20,000 nt of DNA from an uncultured virus (IMG/VR IMGVR_UViG_3300020716_000002). Taxonomy: Duplodnaviria; Heunggongvirae; Uroviricota; Caudoviricetes. This document shows positions 14,842-20,000 of the stretch, in pieces. Where the stretch lies: IMG/VR virus record IMGVR_UViG_3300020716_000002; one strand, given 5' to 3'. A model generated the notes under the pieces. That model was given only the letters and a program-made list of their open reading frames with translations. It was not told where the DNA came from and searched no databases. The first letter of the stretch is position 1, and each line of letters begins with the position of its first letter. Position numbers and translations under genes: made by a program.

Positions 14842-17465
14842 TTATTACCTTTTTTAGGTTGATTTTGCTGTTTTTGAGCCATTTGGGACTGTTTTTCAGC
14901 CTGCATTCTGGCTGTTTCTGCCTGTTTTTCTGCTTGTAAACGAGCTGTTTCAGCCTGTATTTGCGCATTTACCATCTGCGCATGAGTCTGATTTTTTGAC
15001 ATTTCAGCTTGATTTTTAAGCATAGTCATGTGTTTTTGGATGTCTATAGACGATTTGAAGCCCTCGATCTCCTTTTGATGCTGTGCTTGCTGATGAACTG
15101 TGGCTGCTTGTACTGCAAGTTTTGCCCCGTCCGTCTGTTGTGTCGCTTGTATTCTTGATGCCTCAATCTGCAACTGCTGTGCTTTAAGTTGGGCATCAGA
15201 TTGATCTTTCTGAGCCTTGCGTTGCAGGTCTTGTTGTTTGATCTGTAGCTCTTGTTGTTGAAGCTGAATAAGCGGGTCTTGGGCTTGTTGTTGATTCTGT
15301 TGTTGTTGAGCCTGTTGCTGGTGTTGCTGTAGCAGTTTTTGCGCTGCCTGAGCCGCCATCTGAGATACTTTGACTTCCATCTCTGGAGACATATTCTCAT
15401 CTTCATCAGGTTTTTCGTTGTATGCGGGTAATGTTGTACCCATAGTCTGCTCAAGCTCTTTGCGATACTCCATGCCCAAATGCTCTGTAATGTGAGCTGA
15501 CATTGCTGCCGTCAACTGTTGTGCGAGTTGCGGGTTCATGCCAATAATTTGCTGGATATGTGGGTCTTGCATTGCTGACATATGGACTGCTATGTGAGCC
15601 TTATGGTCTTGGTAGCTGAATGCTTTGACTGGTTTGTTACGCAATATATCTTGATTCTCAGATACAGGGTCACGCGGCTTAATATCATCTTCCATTGGCA
15701 CAAGCTTTTGGTAATTCTTAATGCCAATCACTTCTAACATCTGACGATGTAATAGCGGAAGATCATATATCTGTGGTGCTGTTTGTGCTAGTTGTAATGC
15801 AGCTTGATACTGAACAACTTTTTGAGCCATAGTTGCCGCATTCGGATCGCTGACTGGGATGATGTTGACCATCTCATAGTCTTGTCTCTTAGCACGGCGG
15901 TTGCCTGAGTCTGGATCGTAGTCATACTCGTCTGTACAGTTCTCAGCTATGATTTCCTTTAGCAACTCGAACTCTTGACGCATTGCATAATGTATTCTAG
16001 CTTGAACAGCAGACATTGCCTTAAGAGTTCTCTCAAGGATAGCAAGCGTAGTTCCTACAGGAGAAGCTGCAGACATATCACTTACTTGTAAATCAGCTGC
16101 GCCAGCAAACTTTCTACCTTCTTCAATGATACTATTAAATAACGTAAAAAGAACTTGGCTTGGCTCCTTGTATGGTAGCGGCATGATATTATCCCGCATT
16201 GTTCCACTAGGTACATCTACGTCACGGAACTCTCCAGGTGCTATAGGTGTGTCATCACCTTTCGTACGCAGCCCTCTAGTTTTGAAGCCCCCAGGCAAGT
16301 TAGATAATGTACCAGCGTCCACAAGCTGACGAAGAATGCTAGTACCAGACTTAGCAAAAGCGCCAATAAGATGTATAAGTCCAAAAGCATAAAAACCAAA
16401 CCCTGGAATATAAGGGTAATGAACAAAGTGCTTACGTTTTTTATAAAGCTTATCGCCTTTCTTCCAGTTCCTTCTGATTCCGAGTACATTGGTTGTTCCC
16501 TTGTCTATAGTAATAATGTAAGGCAATGCTAAACCTGTTGGCTCGCCTTCATCGTCAACGTGCTCAAACCCTGGTAAGTCCCACTCTACCTGCATCTCAA
16601 GTAGTTTGTATCTATTGTCTGTTTCAGCTCTAAAGCCTAACTTCTCAGCAATTTTCTTCTCAACTTCATCAAGAACATTGCTTGGTTCACCAAGATCTAT
16701 ATCTCTATAAAACCCAGAGTGAATGAGCCTCTTCATCTCATTTTCAGTCTTTCTCATCACGTGGGTAATACGTTCTGCACTATCAAGGTCTGACGCGCCG
16801 TACGGGACAACTACATCTTCTGCGGGTACGTAAACAGACGTCTGTCTATCAAGATCAGAATCTTCATATACTTTCTTAAACGCATTACCTGATAGTCCCA
16901 AGCCCCACAACATGCGCTCATGCTCAGGTCTATATTCTTTCATTACCTCAGTGATCTCATAGTTCATATCATCATGAACACGTTCTGCTGCTTCTTTTTT
17001 CTCAGGTGTTTCTTTGCCAATGATTGCTGTCTTGACAGGTCCCGCTGCAGGGAATGTCTCCATCATTGTCTCAGCCTGAAACTTCACAAGTGCTTCTGCA
17101 AGGAGTGGGTGAAACACGCCACACGCGCCAGGCCAAGGCTCTATTCTTTCTTCTATCTTTAATCCAAGAAGTTCTAGTCCGTCGGTGTAAGTCTGTATCC
17201 ATTCTTTACGCGAACCAACGTCTGCTTCATAGTCACTGATAAGCTCAGATGCTATTTTTAGCAACTCTCCTTCATTCATGTACTCAGCCAAGTTATCATC
17301 AAATCCTTCTTCATTTTGATCGGCTTTCTCCATGTGCATCGCAAAGTCAGGGCCCTCAATATCTACTGCTTCTGGATCTTCAATATGAATTTCAAGAGGT
17401 TCTTCACCTTCACCTAATTGATCTAGCCCTTGTGGGCTTTGATATAGCGCTTTATCTATAGCCAT
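14838..17465 (-). CDS. Portal protein, P22-like, with a long Gln-rich C-terminal helix (875 aa)
   Basis: Follows terL; 'PWPGACGVFHP.L.EA.V.FQAE', 'G.AFKKVY', 'GFGFY.FGLIHLIG' and 'LRQLVDAGTLSNLPGG.K.RG' motifs; AAGGA SD. Confidence 0.9.
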   Translation of the reverse strand: MAIDKALYQSPQGLDQLGEGEEPLEIHIEDPEAVDIEGPDFAMHMEKADQNEEGFDDNLAEYMNEGELLKIASELISDYEADVGSRKEWIQTYTDGLELLGLKIEERIEPWPGACGVFHPLLAEALVKFQAETMMETFPAAGPVKTAIIGKETPEKKEAAERVHDDMNYEITEVMKEYRPEHERMLWGLGLSGNAFKKVYEDSDLDRQTSVYVPAEDVVVPYGASDLDSAERITHVMRKTENEMKRLIHSGFYRDIDLGEPSNVLDEVEKKIAEKLGFRAETDNRYKLLEMQVEWDLPGFEHVDDEGEPTGLALPYIITIDKGTTNVLGIRRNWKKGDKLYKKRKHFVHYPYIPGFGFYAFGLIHLIGAFAKSGTSILRQLVDAGTLSNLPGGFKTRGLRTKGDDTPIAPGEFRDVDVPSGTMRDNIMPLPYKEPSQVLFTLFNSIIEEGRKFAGAADLQVSDMSAASPVGTTLAILERTLKAMSAVQARIHYAMRQEFELLKEIIAENCTDEYDYDPDSGNRRAKRQDYEMVNIIPVSDPNAATMAQKVVQYQAALQLAQTAPQIYDLPLLHRQMLEVIGIKNYQKLVPMEDDIKPRDPVSENQDILRNKPVKAFSYQDHKAHIAVHMSAMQDPHIQQIIGMNPQLAQQLTAAMSAHITEHLGMEYRKELEQTMGTTLPAYNEKPDEDENMSPEMEVKVSQMAAQAAQKLLQQHQQQAQQQQNQQQAQDPLIQLQQQELQIKQQDLQRKAQKDQSDAQLKAQQLQIEASRIQATQQTDGAKLAVQAATVHQQAQHQKEIEGFKSSIDIQKHMTMLKNQAEMSKNQTHAQMVNAQIQAETARLQAEKQAETARMQAEKQSQMAQKQQNQPKKGNK
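14889..14954. repeat. Degenerate 33-bp tandem duplication in the portal C-terminus
   Basis: Encodes AETARLQAEKQ / AETARMQAEKQ, with divergence mainly at synonymous positions. Confidence 0.85.
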
Positions 17466-17474
17466 TTTGTATCC

Positions 17475-18995
17475 TTAATAGTATGCGGGCCTCTTGCGAT
17501 ATTGACGCAAAAAGGTGTCGTCCGGTTCATCGTTGGGTAGGCGAAGGAATCCCCCTTGCCTAAATCTGAGGAGCGCGAGTGTTGTAGAGTCCACCAAGTC
17601 GTCGTTTGCCCCGCTTGGGAAGTCATTACATTCTTCAATTACTTCTTTTGCCCATCTGCGGTCTGGTGCCCACACTATGCCTGAAGCAAATAAATCTGAT
17701 ACTGCATTAACTCGTGCAATTTTATCCTGTCCTTTACCTGGAGTAAACTCCCCTACCGGGACGCCCATCCGTCTAAATTCTTGATACAAAGCCGACCCGT
17801 TTGATTTCTTCTCAACCATAAACGCATCAGGTTGCCACTCTTTATATTCTTCTAGTACCAGCTTTTTAAGTTCTGGATACTCCATACGTTTCTTTATCGC
17901 GTTGAGCAGTATGATTGCGAAGTTATTTGTCTCTTCGTTGTAAAACACACCCCAAGTTGTGAGTGCGTTAAAGTCTGCTCTGTTGTTTGATTCTTGCGCC
18001 GCATCAAGAGACATAATGGTAAATTCACACATTGGCGGATGGTCTTTATCCCATATATTCCACCATTCTCTTTTTATAAGTGCGCCCTCTTCACTCACAG
18101 GATTTTGCATGTATTGCGCATTCCAGTAGCGAATATCTAACGCGGCTTTCTTTGCATACAACTCTTCTACGGGCCAAAACTCAGGCCACAACGCTTGACC
18201 ATCTTCTTTGATTGCAGGGAACTCAACTACTTCCCACTTATCAACTTGATCATCTTTATCCATTTGACTAACGATCTGTCCAGTTAAATCTAACTTAGAC
18301 CACCGAGTCATCACGACCACAATAGCACCTCCAGGCATAAGACGCTGCAAAGGGCCAGACTGAAACCACTCCCAAGCAGGAAGAAATACTTCAGGTTTCC
18401 CAGTTTTGGCTTCTTGCTCCGAATGTGGGTCATCAATAATAAAAAGGTCTGCGCCTCGACCAGCCAAAGCACCGCCAACACCGATAGCAAAGTATTCACC
18501 ATTGAAGTTTGTCCCCCATCGTGACGCCGATTTACTATCAGCTTGTAATTCTATTTGCGGAAAAATATCCTTGTATGAATCTGAACCCACAAGATTACGC
18601 ACTCGACGACCAAAGTTGACTGCCAGATCAGCAGTGTGCGACGCCATAATAACCTTCTTTTGCGGGTACTTACCGAGGAACCATGCAGGTGCGAGATAGG
18701 AAATGAGCTCAGACTTACCGTGTCTTGGCGCAATATTAACGATGACACGCTTGCTCTTTCCTGCTGCGATATCTTCAAATATCTGAGCGAGTTTAAGATG
18801 GTGTGGGCCAACTTTGTAGCCAGGATATACATGCTTAACAAAATCCAGAAAAGAGTCCTTTCCAACAGATTGAGTAATTTGTATTTGATATTGGCGTAGT
18901 AACTCAAGAGTCTTCCTTTTTTGTTTATCAGGCATCGTCGGCAATGCCTGACGAATTTTGAATAGTTGCTCCGGAGTTATATTAATCGCCGTCAT
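17475..18995 (-). CDS. terL: Terminase large subunit (506 aa)
   Basis: Walker A APRHGKS, Walker B LFIIDDP, motif III MTRW, and RNase H-like nuclease acidic residues (SLDAA, VEKK, DDLVDS). Confidence 0.95.
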   Translation of the reverse strand: MTAINITPEQLFKIRQALPTMPDKQKRKTLELLRQYQIQITQSVGKDSFLDFVKHVYPGYKVGPHHLKLAQIFEDIAAGKSKRVIVNIAPRHGKSELISYLAPAWFLGKYPQKKVIMASHTADLAVNFGRRVRNLVGSDSYKDIFPQIELQADSKSASRWGTNFNGEYFAIGVGGALAGRGADLFIIDDPHSEQEAKTGKPEVFLPAWEWFQSGPLQRLMPGGAIVVVMTRWSKLDLTGQIVSQMDKDDQVDKWEVVEFPAIKEDGQALWPEFWPVEELYAKKAALDIRYWNAQYMQNPVSEEGALIKREWWNIWDKDHPPMCEFTIMSLDAAQESNNRADFNALTTWGVFYNEETNNFAIILLNAIKKRMEYPELKKLVLEEYKEWQPDAFMVEKKSNGSALYQEFRRMGVPVGEFTPGKGQDKIARVNAVSDLFASGIVWAPDRRWAKEVIEECNDFPSGANDDLVDSTTLALLRFRQGGFLRLPNDEPDDTFLRQYRKRPAYY

Positions 18996-19542
18996 TTACG
19001 ATCTGCTTAGCTTCGACGTCAATAACTTTTGTTTCAATACTCTCTAATGTCTGTAAAAGTTCTTTCTCAACTTCTTCCATCGTTTGATGTTTAACAGTCA
19101 TTTCACTACGTTTCTTAAATGCATCGACACCGTCTATCTCACCTAGTTTAGATAGAGCAGCTACACGTATCTTTGCATCTCGTGCATTCTCAACTTCCAT
19201 AACAAGTTTGTTGACCACGTACATTTTTAAATCTGCAAGGTCATCTACGATTGCAACATTAGTCTGTGCAACCATGCCTGCAAGAAATGCAAGTGTTTCG
19301 TTTCCGTACTTAGAAAAGTCTGGTCGATGATGAGGATCTTCCATCATCTGTTTTGCTATTTGCTTGGCGGTATCTACATCGCCTTGATTTGGTACGAGAG
19401 GATTTCCAGTGAGATCAGACATGAGCTTTATAACATTGGCTCGCATCTCTAATTCTTGTGCAGGAGATAATTCAGGGAAGGCTTCCGCTGCGCTGCTGGG
19501 CAACGGTATATTTTCTTCTATCGGAGGGATCATCTCATCCAT
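18982..19542 (-). CDS. Putative terminase small subunit (186 aa)
   Basis: Directly upstream of and overlapping terL; helical with 'AL..LG.I.GVDAF' and a C-terminal 'VIDVEA'; AAAGG SD. Assignment is by synteny. Confidence 0.55.
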   Translation of the reverse strand: MDEMIPPIEENIPLPSSAAEAFPELSPAQELEMRANVIKLMSDLTGNPLVPNQGDVDTAKQIAKQMMEDPHHRPDFSKYGNETLAFLAGMVAQTNVAIVDDLADLKMYVVNKLVMEVENARDAKIRVAALSKLGEIDGVDAFKKRSEMTVKHQTMEEVEKELLQTLESIETKVIDVEAKQIVNDGD

Positions 19543-19572
19543 GTCTACCTTTGTTGATTAGTAGTTTGTCGC

Positions 19573-19578
19573 ATTATA
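19573..19578 (-). promoter_or_regulatory. -10 element upstream of the packaging/structural operon
   Basis: Perfect TATAAT on the minus strand 30 nt upstream of the ATG at 19542; no consensus -35 at 17-nt spacing. Confidence 0.45.
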
Positions 19579-19798
19579 TAGTAAAACTGGACGAACCACG
19601 ACTTATTAGGGTCCTTTTTTGGCAGGACGAGTTATGGAAAATTTTTTATATATTTAAATTAGGGGCGATGTAACTTGACATATAAGGGGGTGGGTTTTGA
19701 AAATGAAGGGGTTATTTGTGTTCAGCTAAGAGTAGAGAGGCGACGGAGAGGCTCATTTAAGAAAAGGGGGGTGGGGGGTCGTGCCCTGTACCCCAAAC

Positions 19799-19828
19799 TG
19801 GACGTACACCCTACATATGGGGTAAAAT
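19799..19828 (+). promoter_or_regulatory. Putative rightward sigma70-like promoter
   Basis: TGGACG (19799-19804), 18-nt spacer, TAAAAT (19823-19828), upstream of an SD and ATG at 19877. Confidence 0.45.
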
Positions 19829-19876
19829 ACACTTAATGCAAAGCAATAGTGCAATGCAGATTATGAAAGGTACATC

Positions 19877-20000
19877 ATGTACAAGATAACTGTTCAGTGG
19901 GAAGATCAAGTGTTTACTCATGTCACATACACAAAGCGTGAGGCTTATGAATACCTCCATTCATATCCTAAGCGTAACATCTTCGGTGTTATATATAACA
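19877..20000 (+). CDS. 5' part of a divergently transcribed hypothetical (early-type) gene
   Basis: GAAAGG SD at 19865-19870, ATG at 19877, open to the edge: MYKITVQWEDQVFTHVTYTKREAYEYLHSYPKRNIFGVIYN. Confidence 0.7.
   Translation, partial: MYKITVQWEDQVFTHVTYTKREAYEYLHSYPKRNIFGVIYN

Noticed and set aside
3156..19673. Numerous plus-strand and off-frame ORFs in the track (e.g. 3156-3584, 7258-7587, 12502-12831, 15044-15454, 18551-18907, 19458-19673)
   Set aside because: They are shadows of well-supported minus-strand genes, often with non-ATG starts and no recognisable motifs.
19675..19704. Perfect TTGACA on the plus strand
   Set aside because: The best -10 at 17-18 nt is TGAAAA or GAAAAT, which is too weak to call a promoter.
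1..20000. Stop-codon recoding, introns/inteins, tRNAs or a diversity-generating retroelement
   Set aside because: Genes tile densely under the standard code, terL, portal and capsid look uninterrupted, and I saw no cloverleaf, reverse transcriptase or TR/VR pair.

Overview
This window is the packaging and virion-morphogenesis module of a tailed dsDNA phage (Caudoviricetes), probably podovirus-like with a P22-type portal and scaffold. It resembles uncultured aquatic proteobacterial phages, though the host is an inference. Almost everything is on the minus strand, in the order: terS-like, terL, portal, small conserved ORF, GroES co-chaperonin, scaffold, conserved ORF, capsid-associated protein, major capsid, 239-aa protein, 854-aa modular beta-rich protein, a cluster of small Lys/Met/Gly-rich ORFs, head-tail/tail-tube proteins and tail/fibre genes. 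A divergent G-tract control region and a partial plus-strand ORF lie at the right end. Three features stand out. (1) The 145-nt gap after the major capsid gene holds a cUUCGg terminator, an overlapping sigma70 promoter with a palindrome, and a leader with three interleaved stems (a double pseudoknot) ending against the next Shine-Dalgarno. This leader is possibly the Mu-gpT-DE motif, and it makes the 239-aa gene a self-contained, RNA-regulated unit. (2) The 854-aa protein appears built by nested domain-within-domain insertions, and single beta-domain insertions recur in three other structural proteins. (3) Several small basic proteins share a [MYFL]-x-x-G-G motif and a C-terminal 'G..A..(R/K)G.(T/S)(K/R)G' tail. 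All product calls come from motif recognition and gene order, not database searches.
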